A DNA stretch of 41,578 nucleotides from a virus (lineage: Duplodnaviria > Caudoviricetes), in IMG/VR virus record IMGVR_UViG_3300025610_003176, positions 1 through 41,578 of that record. The stretch is one strand, 5' to 3'. A program made the translations under genes and the position numbers. The notes under the pieces were generated by a model. That model ran no database searches. It was not told where the DNA came from and saw nothing but the letters and a program-made list of their open reading frames with translations. Below, piece by piece: positions 16,916-26,444 of this stretch (the stretch's first letter is position 1; the number at the start of each line of letters is the position of its first letter).

Positions 16916-17538
16916 CTAAAAAAGTATTTTTAGATTGCGGAACAAATTTAGGTCAAGGTCTTCTACAATTTGTTGGTAAAGGTATTGTTGATGATACTTT
17001 TGATATTCATTGTTTTGAACCAAATCCATACGCAATAGAATTTTCTAAAAAAAGGTTTTCTGAAGATCAGCATAAGAGTTTATCTATAACCTTCAATCAG
17101 GTTGCTTTGTGGATTGAAGAGTGTGAAAAGCAATTGACTATTGAATCTTTTGATGGAGAGTATGTTTGTCAGCATACTGGTGAGCATCTTGGATATGATT
17201 TAAAGTCTGGTGGTGCAACTAACATTATGGAAGATGAATGGGCAAAACCATATTATATTGATAATAAGGATCTTGACAATACAATTAATGCCAAGTGTAT
17301 AGATTTCTCAGAGTACCTTAGAAATAATATTAGTGAAGATGATTATGTTGTCTGTAAGATGGATATTGAGGGTGCTGAGTATGATGTTCTTGGTAAATTA
17401 ATAGATGATGGTACGATTGATTTAATTGATGAAATTTATATTGAATGGCATAATCATTTACTTAAGAGTAACTATAATACTCAAATGTTTATAGATGAAA
17501 TTCGTAGAAGGAATATAAAGATTGAGAGTTGGATCTGA
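16912..17538 (+). CDS. FkbM-family methyltransferase
   Basis: FLDCGTNLG, FEPNP, KMDIEGAEY, IEWH. Confidence 0.85.
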   Translation: MTKKVFLDCGTNLGQGLLQFVGKGIVDDTFDIHCFEPNPYAIEFSKKRFSEDQHKSLSITFNQVALWIEECEKQLTIESFDGEYVCQHTGEHLGYDLKSGGATNIMEDEWAKPYYIDNKDLDNTINAKCIDFSEYLRNNISEDDYVVCKMDIEGAEYDVLGKLIDDGTIDLIDEIYIEWHNHLLKSNYNTQMFIDEIRRRNIKIESWI

Positions 17539-17540
17539 TT

Positions 17541-18446
17541 ATGAAAAAAGAAACTCTGACAGTTGACTTTGTAGACTTTTGGCCAAATCTTATTAAGACT
17601 GATAATTACTTTTATCACTTATTGAGTCAAGAGTTTGATGTTGTTATTACCGATCAAGAACCTGATATTCTTTTTCATTCTGTTGACTACTTCAGACAAC
17701 AGAATCATCTAAGGTATAACAACGGTAAGACAAAGAAAGTATTCTACACTGGAGAGAATCAACCAGCAGACTTTAATCAGTCACACTTTGCCTTTACTTT
17801 TGAAGACATTGAAGATGAGAGGAATTATAGACTTCCTCTTTGGGCAATGCACCTCAACTGGTTCAATGTTCCTCACATTGAAGAGCGTGACCAGTCATAT
17901 CTTCATCCTGTAGACAAGTTCATGGAGAAGGACTTATCTAATCTCTCTGACAAAAAGTGGTTCTGTTCTTTTATTGCAACACAGCCAAAAGGTAAGAGAG
18001 TTGACTTTGTTCCTAAACTTATGAAGAGAGGTGAGGTTCATTGTGGTGGTGGACTTTATAATAATATTGGAGGACTTCTTGAGGGTAGAGGTGATCAAGA
18101 AAATAAAATTAATTTCTTAAATTACTTCAAATTTAATATTAGTTTTGAGAATACTTCTAACAATGGTTATGTGACCGAAAAGATTATTCAACCAATGTTC
18201 ACCAATACTATTCCAATCTATTGGGGCGCTCCTAATGTTATGAATGATTTCAATGAGAAGTCTTTTATCAATGCCCACGCTTTTGAAAGTGATGATGAGT
18301 TGATTGACTACATACTTCAGGTTGACAACGATCAAAGTCTTTATGAAGAGATTTTGAGCGAATCTTGGTTTAGGGGTAATCAGATTCCAGAGTTTGTTAA
18401 ACCAGACAATGTTCTAAAATTTTTTAAGGATAAAATTTTGAAATGA
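17541..18446 (+). CDS. Alpha-1,3/4-fucosyltransferase (GT10)
   Basis: FYTGEN, FKFNISFENTSNNGYVTEKI, IPIYWG. Confidence 0.88.
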   Translation: MKKETLTVDFVDFWPNLIKTDNYFYHLLSQEFDVVITDQEPDILFHSVDYFRQQNHLRYNNGKTKKVFYTGENQPADFNQSHFAFTFEDIEDERNYRLPLWAMHLNWFNVPHIEERDQSYLHPVDKFMEKDLSNLSDKKWFCSFIATQPKGKRVDFVPKLMKRGEVHCGGGLYNNIGGLLEGRGDQENKINFLNYFKFNISFENTSNNGYVTEKIIQPMFTNTIPIYWGAPNVMNDFNEKSFINAHAFESDDELIDYILQVDNDQSLYEEILSESWFRGNQIPEFVKPDNVLKFFKDKILK

Positions 18447-19123
18447 AAACTTATATCATTCACTATACAAAACTTGTAGATAGAAAATCAAACATTGTCT
18501 CTTTATTATCTGAAGATAATTTTGAATATGAATTCATAACTGACTATGATAAAGAAAATATAGATGGCAACGAATATTATAAACCAGATGAGAAAATGTT
18601 TGATGAGAAGATCAGACATCTTTGGGACAGTAGATCCCATAAGTTTAGGATTATTAATCCAGCAGAAATCTCTTGCACTATTAAGCATATTCTTGCAATA
18701 GAAAAGATTGCTAATCAAGAGGACGAAGTTGGGTTAATTCTTGAAGATGACGCTATTCCTATTGGAGATGGTTTGTTTGATAATATTCAACAATTAGTTG
18801 ATACTGCACCAAAAGATTGGGATTCTATTTTTATGGGAGCTGGGTGTGGTACTGATTTTATGAATCAGAAATTGCGGGGATGTTCTTTGATAAATGAAAG
18901 ATTTGCTCAAGTACCACATCCTTCAACAAATTGTGCAGAAGCATATCTTTTAAAGAAGGAATCTGCAAAAAAAATCTACGAATCGATCATTCCCTTTCAA
19001 TTAGTGAGTGACTGGGAACTGGCATATCAATTTTATAAATTGGATATGAATGTTTACTGGTCTATTCCACCACTCTTCTATCAAGGTTCTAAGAGCGGAC
19101 AATACAATTCAGAGTTAAGATGA
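18443..19123 (+). CDS. Glycosyltransferase family 25-like
   Basis: YIIH...DR, EISCTIKH, LILEDDA, AYLL. Confidence 0.8.
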   Translation: MKTYIIHYTKLVDRKSNIVSLLSEDNFEYEFITDYDKENIDGNEYYKPDEKMFDEKIRHLWDSRSHKFRIINPAEISCTIKHILAIEKIANQEDEVGLILEDDAIPIGDGLFDNIQQLVDTAPKDWDSIFMGAGCGTDFMNQKLRGCSLINERFAQVPHPSTNCAEAYLLKKESAKKIYESIIPFQLVSDWELAYQFYKLDMNVYWSIPPLFYQGSKSGQYNSELR

Positions 19124-19713
19124 TGAAAAACTTTTTAATCACACAAGGTTGTACTGGAACATATTCTTTGATTGGTTCTGTAGGAAAGTATTTTAACTAC
19201 GGGACCAATTCTTCATTTAATCATCATAGTAGAAACGCAAATAACAGTGCTTTTACAGAAGGAAGCATGGTAGTTTATCTTTTTTGCAATCCATATGATT
19301 ATGTCTTGTCTTGCTTTCGTCGGTGGGAAAATACTGATGGTGTTAGATTTCATAATCAGCAGTGTGGGGGAGATAACGAATATTATGTAAGTAAAAACTA
19401 TAAGGGACTGCAAGACTTTCTGTCAGACCCATATGATTGTTTTAAGTATAAAGAACATGCTGATGGATATTTACATAACGATCAGAGAAAATATAATTTA
19501 CTTTTTGCCAAATATGAGGTATTATCTGAGTATGGAATACAACCAATTTTAGATTTTTGGAATTTGAGTAATGATCCAAATTGCTTTAAATTTAAACAAA
19601 GAAGTAGTAATTGGAAAAACGAAAGTCAAGAAATTAAAGATCTTTTAGAATTTAAATATGGTGATGTTATGAAATGGTATGAAGAACTTCCTTTGATGCA
19701 AGAATTAAAATGA
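19120..19713 (+). CDS. Sulfotransferase-like protein
   Basis: GCTGT resembles the 5'-PSB loop; NPYDYVLS resembles the 3'-PB motif; KYE. Confidence 0.45.
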   Translation: MMKNFLITQGCTGTYSLIGSVGKYFNYGTNSSFNHHSRNANNSAFTEGSMVVYLFCNPYDYVLSCFRRWENTDGVRFHNQQCGGDNEYYVSKNYKGLQDFLSDPYDCFKYKEHADGYLHNDQRKYNLLFAKYEVLSEYGIQPILDFWNLSNDPNCFKFKQRSSNWKNESQEIKDLLEFKYGDVMKWYEELPLMQELK

Positions 19714-20660
19714 GAATAGCATTTCATGATAACTCTTTAACTTTGAGAGGCACAAGTATTGCAATTTATGATTATGCATATTGGTCTAGAGAATATTTAA
19801 ATATTGATGCAGTTATTTTGCACAATAAAAATTATGTTGGAAATCATCCAGATGTCGTAAAAAAATTTGAAAAAGAATTTCCAGTATTTGGTTATTCCGA
19901 TAAATCTCAAATAGATTCTATTTTATCAAAGAATAGTTGTGATGCTTTTTTTATGATAAAAGGTGGATCACCTGATGGTATAATTTCTTCAGTTAGTAAA
20001 AATTTTGTTAATGCAGTTTCTGGTCATTGGAAATCAAATTGGGTTCATGGTGACATTTATGCGATGGGGTCTAAGTGGCTTTCTAAAATAACAGATTATG
20101 AAATTCCTTATGTCCCCCATATGGTCCATCTTCCTGAAGTTGATAGTGATATGCGTGAAGAGTTGGGTATTCCCAAAGATGCATTAGTTATTGGGAGGAA
20201 TGGTGGAGCAGATACTTTTGATATTCCTTTTGTAAAACAAGCAATTCAAGTTGTATTGAATGAAAGAAAAGATATATGGTTTATTTTTCAATTGACTGAC
20301 AAGTTTATTGATCATGAGAGAGTTATTTTTTTTCCTGGTAGTTCTGATATGAATACCAAAGTTCGTTTTATTAACACTTCAGATGCTATGCTTCATGCAA
20401 GGTATGTTGGAGAATCTTTTGGACTTTCTTGTGCTGAGTTTTCTATTAGAAACAAACCGGTGATTACTTATGAAAAGTCTCCAGAAAGAAATCATATAGA
20501 TATACTAAATGAAAAAGGAATTTACTACGAAAACTATTCCGAAATTCTCTATATTCTTAGGAATCTTGATAAGAAGGAAATAAATTCTTTAGAATGGAAT
20601 TGTTATCAAGACTATACTCCAGAAAAGGTAATTCAAAAATTTAAAAAGGTTTATTTATGA
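19710..20660 (+). CDS. GT-B glycosyltransferase (GT4-like)
   Basis: REELGIP, GESFGLSCAE...KPVIT. Confidence 0.8.
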   Translation: MRIAFHDNSLTLRGTSIAIYDYAYWSREYLNIDAVILHNKNYVGNHPDVVKKFEKEFPVFGYSDKSQIDSILSKNSCDAFFMIKGGSPDGIISSVSKNFVNAVSGHWKSNWVHGDIYAMGSKWLSKITDYEIPYVPHMVHLPEVDSDMREELGIPKDALVIGRNGGADTFDIPFVKQAIQVVLNERKDIWFIFQLTDKFIDHERVIFFPGSSDMNTKVRFINTSDAMLHARYVGESFGLSCAEFSIRNKPVITYEKSPERNHIDILNEKGIYYENYSEILYILRNLDKKEINSLEWNCYQDYTPEKVIQKFKKVYL

Positions 20661-21298
20661 GTATTGAAAGTTATTTGATTGAGTTATCTAAAAGTTATAC
20701 TCCTAATACAATATTAGATATTGGAGCACATCATGGAAATTTTTCTATGTTTTGTAAAGGATTGTGGAAAAATATAGATTCTTTGATGTTAGAAGGTAAT
20801 GAGAATTGTGAAGAAGTTCTAGAAAATTTGCCATTTTCTCACTGCATTGTTCTGCTAAGTGATACTAATAAAGAAGTAACTTTGCATTTAAATCCAAAAA
20901 ATCCTATGTGTACAGGAACTTCTTATCTAAAAGAAAAAACTAGATATTATAAAAATAGTATTCAAGTTAAAAAAAATACTTTTACTTTAGAAGAAGTTAT
21001 AAATGAAGTTGATAATAAGGTCTTTGATATAATTAAAATTGATACTCAAGGATCTGAGTTGGATATTATTAAAGGTGGACTTGAAATAGTAAAAAAAGCA
21101 TCTTATGTTATACTAGAAGTTGCCACATTACAATACAACGAAGGCAGCCCTTTGTTTGATGAAGTTATTGATTATATGAAACAAATTGGTTTTTCTAATT
21201 ATAAGATTGTTGAAGAGCATAAGTGGATGAATAAAATCGAAGAGACTTTTCCTTATGGAACAGTAATTCAAGTTGATGTTGTGTTTTGGAGAGACTAG
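20657..21298 (+). CDS. FkbM-family methyltransferase
   Basis: LDIGAHHG, KIDTQGSELDIIKGG. Confidence 0.88.
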   Translation: MSIESYLIELSKSYTPNTILDIGAHHGNFSMFCKGLWKNIDSLMLEGNENCEEVLENLPFSHCIVLLSDTNKEVTLHLNPKNPMCTGTSYLKEKTRYYKNSIQVKKNTFTLEEVINEVDNKVFDIIKIDTQGSELDIIKGGLEIVKKASYVILEVATLQYNEGSPLFDEVIDYMKQIGFSNYKIVEEHKWMNKIEETFPYGTVIQVDVVFWRD

Positions 21299-21300
21299 AA

Positions 21301-22206
21301 ATGAAATCATTAGTAACTGGTGGAGCAGGTTTTATTGGATCTCATTTGGTAGATAAACTACTTGAGATTGGTCATGAGGTTGTTGTCATTGATAATGAGA
21401 GTGCAGAATCTAATAATGAATTTCATTGGAATAGTGATGCACAGAATTATAAGTATGATATTTGTGATTATGAAAAAACAAAAGAACTTTATGATGGTGT
21501 AGATTATGTGTTTCATTTAGCAGCAGAGGCAAGAATTCAACCAGCAATAAAAAATCCACTTTTAGCAGTTAAAACAAATGTATTGGGAACTGCTACAGTG
21601 CTTCAGTGCTCTAGAGAATCTGGTGTTAAGAAAGTCATATATTCATCATCTTCTTCTGGATATGGGCATAATGAGACTCCAAATAATGAAAGTCAATTGG
21701 ATGATTGTTTAAACCCATATTCAGTATCTAAAATTTCTGGAGAAAAACTTTGTTCAATGTATACAAAGTTATTTGGATTAAAAACAGTAATTTTTAGATA
21801 CTTTAATGTATATGGAGAAAGACAACCACTGAAGGGGCAATATGCTCCTGTAGTTGGTATATTCTTGCGTCAAAGATCTGAGGGTAATCCACTAACCATT
21901 ATTGGTGATGGGGAGCAACGTAGAGATTTTACTCACGTATCTGATGTTATTAATGCGAATATTTTAGCAGCAACTATTGACGTTGAAGATTACTACTATG
22001 GACAACTTTATAATGTTGGTCCTGGTAAAAATTATTCCATCAATGAAATAGCAAATGTTATTTCTGATAATCAGATAAATATAGAACCAAGGATAGGGGA
22101 AGCAAGAGAGACTCTTGCGAATAATAGTAAAATTAAATCTGTTTTTGGTTGGTGTCCAAAAGTAAACTTGATCGACTGGATTGAAAATAATGAATTTAAT
22201 TATTGA
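21301..22206 (+). CDS. NAD-dependent nucleotide-sugar epimerase/dehydratase
   Basis: VTGGAGFIGSHL, HLAA, YSVSK, RYFNVYG, GDGEQRRDFTHV. Confidence 0.92.
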   Translation: MKSLVTGGAGFIGSHLVDKLLEIGHEVVVIDNESAESNNEFHWNSDAQNYKYDICDYEKTKELYDGVDYVFHLAAEARIQPAIKNPLLAVKTNVLGTATVLQCSRESGVKKVIYSSSSSGYGHNETPNNESQLDDCLNPYSVSKISGEKLCSMYTKLFGLKTVIFRYFNVYGERQPLKGQYAPVVGIFLRQRSEGNPLTIIGDGEQRRDFTHVSDVINANILAATIDVEDYYYGQLYNVGPGKNYSINEIANVISDNQINIEPRIGEARETLANNSKIKSVFGWCPKVNLIDWIENNEFNY

Positions 22207-22894
22207 ATATTTTAATTCCTTAAATCATATTAGGAATGGAGAGCTCTTGTATTGTCTTCATCAGAATCTTGCCAATGATTATATTGACAAGATCTATATT
22301 TTTATGGAAGAAGATGCAGAACTCAATTTTGATTCTCCTAAGATAGAAAGAGTTATTGTAAAAGAACGTCCTACATATCAAGATCTTTTTGAATATTGCA
22401 ATGCTCACATGAAGAATGAGATTTGCATTGTTTCTAATGCCGATATTATTTTTGATGAAACTTTAAGATATTTTGAAAATCTTGATATGACTAAGCAGTT
22501 TTATGCTCTGAGTCGTTGGGAGATGTCTACTAATGATGGCAAGAACTGGGAGATTGAACCCTTTGATAATGCTGCATCACAAGATGTATGGATTTTCAAG
22601 ACACCGGTATTGACATCTTGTGAAATGAATTACACGATGGGTGTTCCTGGTTGCGATAATAAAATTACTTATCAAATGAGAGAACTAGGGTATACATGTC
22701 GTAATCCTGGTAAGAAAGTTATTACGATTCATTTTCATATCTCTCAATTCAGAACTTATGATTGGAAGGCAGATAGAGTTCCTGGACCTTATTTGTTAGT
22801 TGCTCCTGTGGATAATTTTAATGGAGAACCGGTTCATATTGATATTGATGGGTTTGATAAACAAGGAAGACCTTTCCGAAAGGTTGAAGAGTAA
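22190..22894 (+). CDS. Putative glycosyltransferase-associated protein
   Basis: NADIIFD, ALSRW, SQDVW, GCDN; last gene of the glycan island. Confidence 0.6.
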   Translation: MNLIIEYFNSLNHIRNGELLYCLHQNLANDYIDKIYIFMEEDAELNFDSPKIERVIVKERPTYQDLFEYCNAHMKNEICIVSNADIIFDETLRYFENLDMTKQFYALSRWEMSTNDGKNWEIEPFDNAASQDVWIFKTPVLTSCEMNYTMGVPGCDNKITYQMRELGYTCRNPGKKVITIHFHISQFRTYDWKADRVPGPYLLVAPVDNFNGEPVHIDIDGFDKQGRPFRKVEE

Positions 22895-22914
22895 TTGTTA
22901 ATACAAAAGACTGC

Positions 22915-22943
22915 TTGACAAAACTTTACATTTCCTATATAAT
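22915..22943 (+). promoter_or_regulatory. Sigma70-type promoter
   Basis: Perfect TTGACA-N17-TATAAT upstream of hli. Confidence 0.85.
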
Positions 22944-22969
22944 ATTGTAACAGTTCTTTACACAAGACA

Positions 22970-23188
22970 ATGACCGTAACAACGAATGAGTATGGGCAAC
23001 AGAATATGTTTGCCAAAGAACCTCAAATGTATGTCTCTATGACTGATGCTGAGCGTTATGGGTATGAGACACATGCAGAAAGAGCAGAGAAGTTAAATGG
23101 ACGTACTGCTATGCTTGGATTTGTTGCTGCTCTTATCTCTTACACTTTCAGTGGTAGTGTATTTTTCTTTGGAGCATTCGGATTCTGA
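22970..23188 (+). CDS. hli: High-light inducible protein
   Basis: AEKLNGRTAMLGF chlorophyll-binding helix. Confidence 0.92.
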   Translation: MTVTTNEYGQQNMFAKEPQMYVSMTDAERYGYETHAERAEKLNGRTAMLGFVAALISYTFSGSVFFFGAFGF

Positions 23189-23397
23189 TGATTGAACTTC
23201 TTACTTATTATGTAATTGCTGGTGCGCTTATCGTTGGAGCACCTGCCGTATTCTTCCTGATTGCCTTTATGCCTGCACTGCAAAATACTAAGGGTCGTAT
23301 GGTAGGATATAAAGATCACAAAACATATGGTGATTCTTCTATCTACGAGAACACTCCAGGTGATCAAACTAAATTTTACCTAGAATTGGGGGGTTGA
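23188..23397 (+). CDS. Small membrane protein
   Basis: N-terminal TM helix. Confidence 0.65.
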   Translation: MIELLTYYVIAGALIVGAPAVFFLIAFMPALQNTKGRMVGYKDHKTYGDSSIYENTPGDQTKFYLELGG

Positions 23398-23399
23398 CA

Positions 23400-23486
23400 A
23401 TGACTTCAACTTTATTTACAATTACTAGCATTGCCTTCTTTATTTTGTTGGCATACTCTGTAGAACAATTATCCGAAACTTATTAA
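23400..23486 (+). CDS. Single-TM peptide (28 aa)
   Basis: [28 protein letters not shown] fills the gap before petF. Confidence 0.5.
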   Translation: MTSTLFTITSIAFFILLAYSVEQLSETY

Positions 23487-23490
23487 AAAA

Positions 23491-23781
23491 ATGACCTATA
23501 ACGTAACTCTTCGCACTCCTGAAGGAGAACAAACCATTACTTGCGAAGATGATCAGTACATTCTTGATGCTGCTGAAGAAGCAGGTATTGATATGAACTA
23601 CTCTTGTCGTGCAGGTGCTTGTTCATCCTGTGCTGGTAAGATTGTCAGTGGTACAGTTGACCAATCGGATCAATCTTTCCTTGATGATGATCAGATTGAT
23701 GCAGGATTTGTTCTAACATGTGTTGCATACCCTACATCTGATGTTGTTGTTGAAACCAATCAAGAGGAAAATCTTTACTGA
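23491..23781 (+). CDS. petF: Plant-type [2Fe-2S] ferredoxin
   Basis: [13 protein letters not shown]...LTCVAYP. Confidence 0.97.
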   Translation: MTYNVTLRTPEGEQTITCEDDQYILDAAEEAGIDMNYSCRAGACSSCAGKIVSGTVDQSDQSFLDDDQIDAGFVLTCVAYPTSDVVVETNQEENLY

Positions 23782-24092
23782 TGAACGGAAATCTTGAACC
23801 AGAAGAACATGTTATGGATGAGAGTGTGATATATCCTGGCAAAATGCTGGGACAACTTGCTATTGCTCTAGAAACACTTGGATGGGATTATGGGGATGAG
23901 ATTGATGTAGAGATTGGTGGTACTTCTGTCTCTGGTATTGATGTTGGTGAAGAGTATAATAAGAGGTGGCAATCGCCTCTTGGTACTCGTAAGTATAATA
24001 AAGATGCTTTTATCATCATTAAGAATCAGTCCCGTAGAGATTTGACTAAATCTCAACCAAATCTAGAATTAAAAGGTCATCATGTCGAATAA
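23781..24092 (+). CDS. Hypothetical protein
   Basis: 103-aa ORF; TGATG coupling to petF. Confidence 0.75.
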   Translation: MNGNLEPEEHVMDESVIYPGKMLGQLAIALETLGWDYGDEIDVEIGGTSVSGIDVGEEYNKRWQSPLGTRKYNKDAFIIIKNQSRRDLTKSQPNLELKGHHVE

Positions 24093-24387
24093 TTTTTATT
24101 TGTTTTCCAAAAAATCTTGTGGTCCTTGTGCTTTAGTAGATAAGTATTTTAAGTCTATTAAAGTTGACACTAGTTTGATTCAATATGTTGATCTTGAAGA
24201 CTTTGGGTCAACTCCATCTCAAGAAGCACTAGATCTTGCTAAAGAGTATGGTGTGACTGCCACTCCAGTTCTTATCGTTACTTCTCCTAATGGAGTAATT
24301 CTTGAAAAGAAAATTGGCGGCATGGAGATTACTCAAAACATCAGAAAGTTATTTGATCAATATGCCAAATCCGAATCAACTCTATGA
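24082..24387 (+). CDS. Thioredoxin/glutaredoxin-like protein
   Basis: CGPC active site; YGVTATP cis-Pro motif. Confidence 0.85.
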   Translation: MSNNFYLFSKKSCGPCALVDKYFKSIKVDTSLIQYVDLEDFGSTPSQEALDLAKEYGVTATPVLIVTSPNGVILEKKIGGMEITQNIRKLFDQYAKSESTL

Positions 24388-24511
24388 AGACATGGAGAAA
24401 CTAAATGCCCTATACGAAGAACTCTGCTGGGGGCACAATGATAAACTTGTATTTACTCACGAAAATGGCAGAGTCGTAATTTACAACAAAACTTTGGAGC
24501 AAAAACAATGA
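24362..24511 (+). CDS. Small hypothetical protein
   Basis: MPNPNQLYEDMEKLNALYEELCW...; ATGA overlap with the second hli. Confidence 0.6.
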   Translation: MPNPNQLYEDMEKLNALYEELCWGHNDKLVFTHENGRVVIYNKTLEQKQ

Positions 24512-24615
24512 ACGAAAAAGCAGAACGCATTAATGGTTGGGCAGCAATGATCGGAGTCATGGCTGCGATGGGTAGTTATGCTGCCACAGGGCAGATTATT
24601 CCTGGTGTATGGTGA
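24508..24615 (+). CDS. hli: High-light inducible protein (35 aa)
   Basis: MNEKAERINGWAAMIGVMAAMGSYAATGQIIPGVW, with the TGQIIPG motif. Not in the ORF track. Confidence 0.92.
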   Translation: MNEKAERINGWAAMIGVMAAMGSYAATGQIIPGVW

Positions 24616-24620
24616 ATGAT

Positions 24621-24746
24621 ATGTTACTTCTAGGTTCTATAATGCTGGGCACATTCATTTTTTATTCTGCCCTGTTTGGCGAGGACATAGATGATGACGA
24701 TGATCATGGTGGTGGTATGATGATTCCCGCACACAACCCGATATAA
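24621..24746 (+). CDS. Small TM peptide with poly-Asp/GGGMM tail
   Basis: MLLLGSIMLGTFIFYSALFGEDIDDDDDHGGGMMIPAHNPI. Confidence 0.6.
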   Translation: MLLLGSIMLGTFIFYSALFGEDIDDDDDHGGGMMIPAHNPI

Positions 24747-24752
24747 GTTTTG

Positions 24753-24785
24753 AACTCTGCTCTATATAAAGGGCAGAGTTTTTTT
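24753..24785 (+). terminator. Rho-independent terminator
   Basis: AACTCTGCTCT/AGGGCAGAGTT followed by a T-tract. Confidence 0.75.
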
Positions 24786-24790
24786 GTATT

Positions 24791-24949
24791 ATGCCAAGAG
24801 GACAATTGGATAAGGATGAACTTAAGTGTTACGTTCTTAAGTTGAAATATCAAGTTGATTCTGATGTGGGATGGTATCCAGGTGAGAAAGCAGTTGCACA
24901 AAAATATCTCAACATGGTCTTAGATAAGATTGACGAGTATCGGTATTAG
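24791..24949 (+). CDS. Small hypothetical protein (52 aa)
   Basis: MPRGQLDKDELKCYVLKLK...AQKYLNMVLDKIDEYRY. Confidence 0.65.
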   Translation: MPRGQLDKDELKCYVLKLKYQVDSDVGWYPGEKAVAQKYLNMVLDKIDEYRY

Positions 24950-24952
24950 GTC

Positions 24953-25070
24953 TTGACGGGTTCGCCACAATACCCTATAATAGACAGGTCTTCGGCAGAC
25001 ACCGCTTCAACACCCCCAAATGGGAACTACCAAATGGGGACTTGACGAGTAGTGGAAACCGTAGTATACT
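24953..25070 (+). promoter_or_regulatory. Tandem sigma70-type promoters upstream of psbA
   Basis: TTGACG-N17-TATAAT (24953-24981) and TTGACG-N17-TATACT (25042-25070). Confidence 0.8.
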
Positions 25071-25130
25071 AAATAAATCAACACGTTACGAAATGTAAAC
25101 ATTTCTCAACCGTTGTAAACACCCCTTAAA

Positions 25131-25223
25131 CCGAGACCTCTAGGGTGTCTAAATCACGTCTCTCATATCCTGTCTAAGGGTGACAGGAAATAGTAACTCC
25201 ACCATTTCCCTGATGGTCTTACT
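25131..25223 (+). ncRNA. psbA leader RNA, PhotoRC-II-like motif
   Basis: Hairpins GAGAC/GTCTC, TCCTGTC/GACAGGA with an AGGG loop, and ACCAT/ATGGT with a CCCT loop able to pair with AGGG; directly 5' of psbA. Confidence 0.7.
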
Positions 25224-25238
25224 TTTTTGCTTAAAACA

Positions 25239-26318
25239 ATGTCTGCTACTCTTTCAAAACAACAACAATCGAATACTTGGGAACAATTTTGTCAGTGGGT
25301 CACCAGCACAGATAACCGTCTGTATGTTGGTTGGTTCGGAGTCCTTATGATTCCTTGCCTGCTTGCTGCTACTACTTGTTTCATCATTGCCTTTATCGGT
25401 GCTCCCCCTGTGGACATCGATGGTATCCGCGAACCAGTTGCTGGTTCTCTCATGTATGGCAACAACATCATCTCTGGTGCTGTTGTTCCTTCTTCTAACG
25501 CAATTGGTCTTCACTTCTACCCCATTTGGGAAGCTGCATCTCTGGATGAATGGCTTTACAACGGTGGTCCTTTCCAGTTGGTTGTCTTCCACTTCCTGAT
25601 TGGCATCTATGCTTACATGGGTCGTGAGTGGGAACTCTCTTACCGTCTTGGTATGCGTCCTTGGATCTGCGTTGCATACTCTGCACCTGTTGCTGCTGCA
25701 TCTGCTGTCTTCCTGGTCTATCCTTTCGGTCAAGGTTCTTTCTCTGACGCAATGCCTCTGGGTATTAGTGGTACGTTCAACTACATGCTTGTTTTCCAAG
25801 CAGAGCACAACATCCTGATGCACCCCTTCCACATGCTGGGTGTTGCTGGTGTCTTCGGTGGTTCTCTGTTCAGTGCAATGCACGGTTCTCTTGTTACTTC
25901 CTCGCTGGTTCGTGAAACCACTGAGAACGAGTCCCAGAACTATGGTTACAAGTTCGGTCAAGAAGAAGAGACCTACAACATCGTTGCTGCTCACGGTTAC
26001 TTCGGTCGCCTGATCTTCCAATACGCTTCTTTCAATAACTCCCGTTCGCTGCACTTCTTCCTCGCAGCATGGCCTGTTATCGGTATCTGGTTCACTGCAC
26101 TTGGTGTTAGCACCATGGCATTCAACCTTAACGGTTTCAACTTCAACCAGTCCATCATGGATAGTCAGGGCAAAGTCCTGAACACCTGGGCTGATGTTCT
26201 GAACCGTGCAGGTCTGGGTATGGAGGTGATGCACGAAAGGAACGCACACAATTTCCCTCTGGATCTTGCTGCTGCTGAGTCCACTCCTGTGGCACTTACT
26301 GCTCCTAGCATCGGTTGA
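25239..26318 (+). CDS. psbA: Photosystem II D1 protein
   Basis: [31 protein letters not shown]; no intron; long C-terminal extension [15 protein letters not shown]. Confidence 0.99.
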   Translation: MSATLSKQQQSNTWEQFCQWVTSTDNRLYVGWFGVLMIPCLLAATTCFIIAFIGAPPVDIDGIREPVAGSLMYGNNIISGAVVPSSNAIGLHFYPIWEAASLDEWLYNGGPFQLVVFHFLIGIYAYMGREWELSYRLGMRPWICVAYSAPVAAASAVFLVYPFGQGSFSDAMPLGISGTFNYMLVFQAEHNILMHPFHMLGVAGVFGGSLFSAMHGSLVTSSLVRETTENESQNYGYKFGQEEETYNIVAAHGYFGRLIFQYASFNNSRSLHFFLAAWPVIGIWFTALGVSTMAFNLNGFNFNQSIMDSQGKVLNTWADVLNRAGLGMEVMHERNAHNFPLDLAAAESTPVALTAPSIG

Positions 26319-26343
26319 TAAAGTAAAAACTGAATATTCTTCA

Positions 26344-26370
26344 AAAGAGACCTTCGGGTCTCTTTTTTTA
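26344..26370 (+). terminator. Terminator, copy 1 of a 27-nt direct repeat
   Basis: AAAGAGACC-TTCG-GGTCTCTTTTTTTA. Confidence 0.9.
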
Positions 26371-26374
26371 TGTC

Positions 26375-26403
26375 TTGACATGATAAGGTTTTTACGGTAA
26401 AAT
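26375..26403 (+). promoter_or_regulatory. Sigma70-type promoter for amt
   Basis: TTGACA-N17-TAAAAT. Confidence 0.75.
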
Positions 26404-26444
26404 CTTAAGTGAACATTAAGTTCACTGTTTAAACACTGAAATAC

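Noticed and set aside
25239-26318. Group I intron or homing endonuclease in psbA
   Set aside because: The reading frame is continuous and of normal length; the HNH gene is about 7.5 kb away.
25254-26381. 375-aa antisense ORF over psbA
   Set aside because: Mirror frame of a strongly codon-biased gene, with no recognisable motifs.
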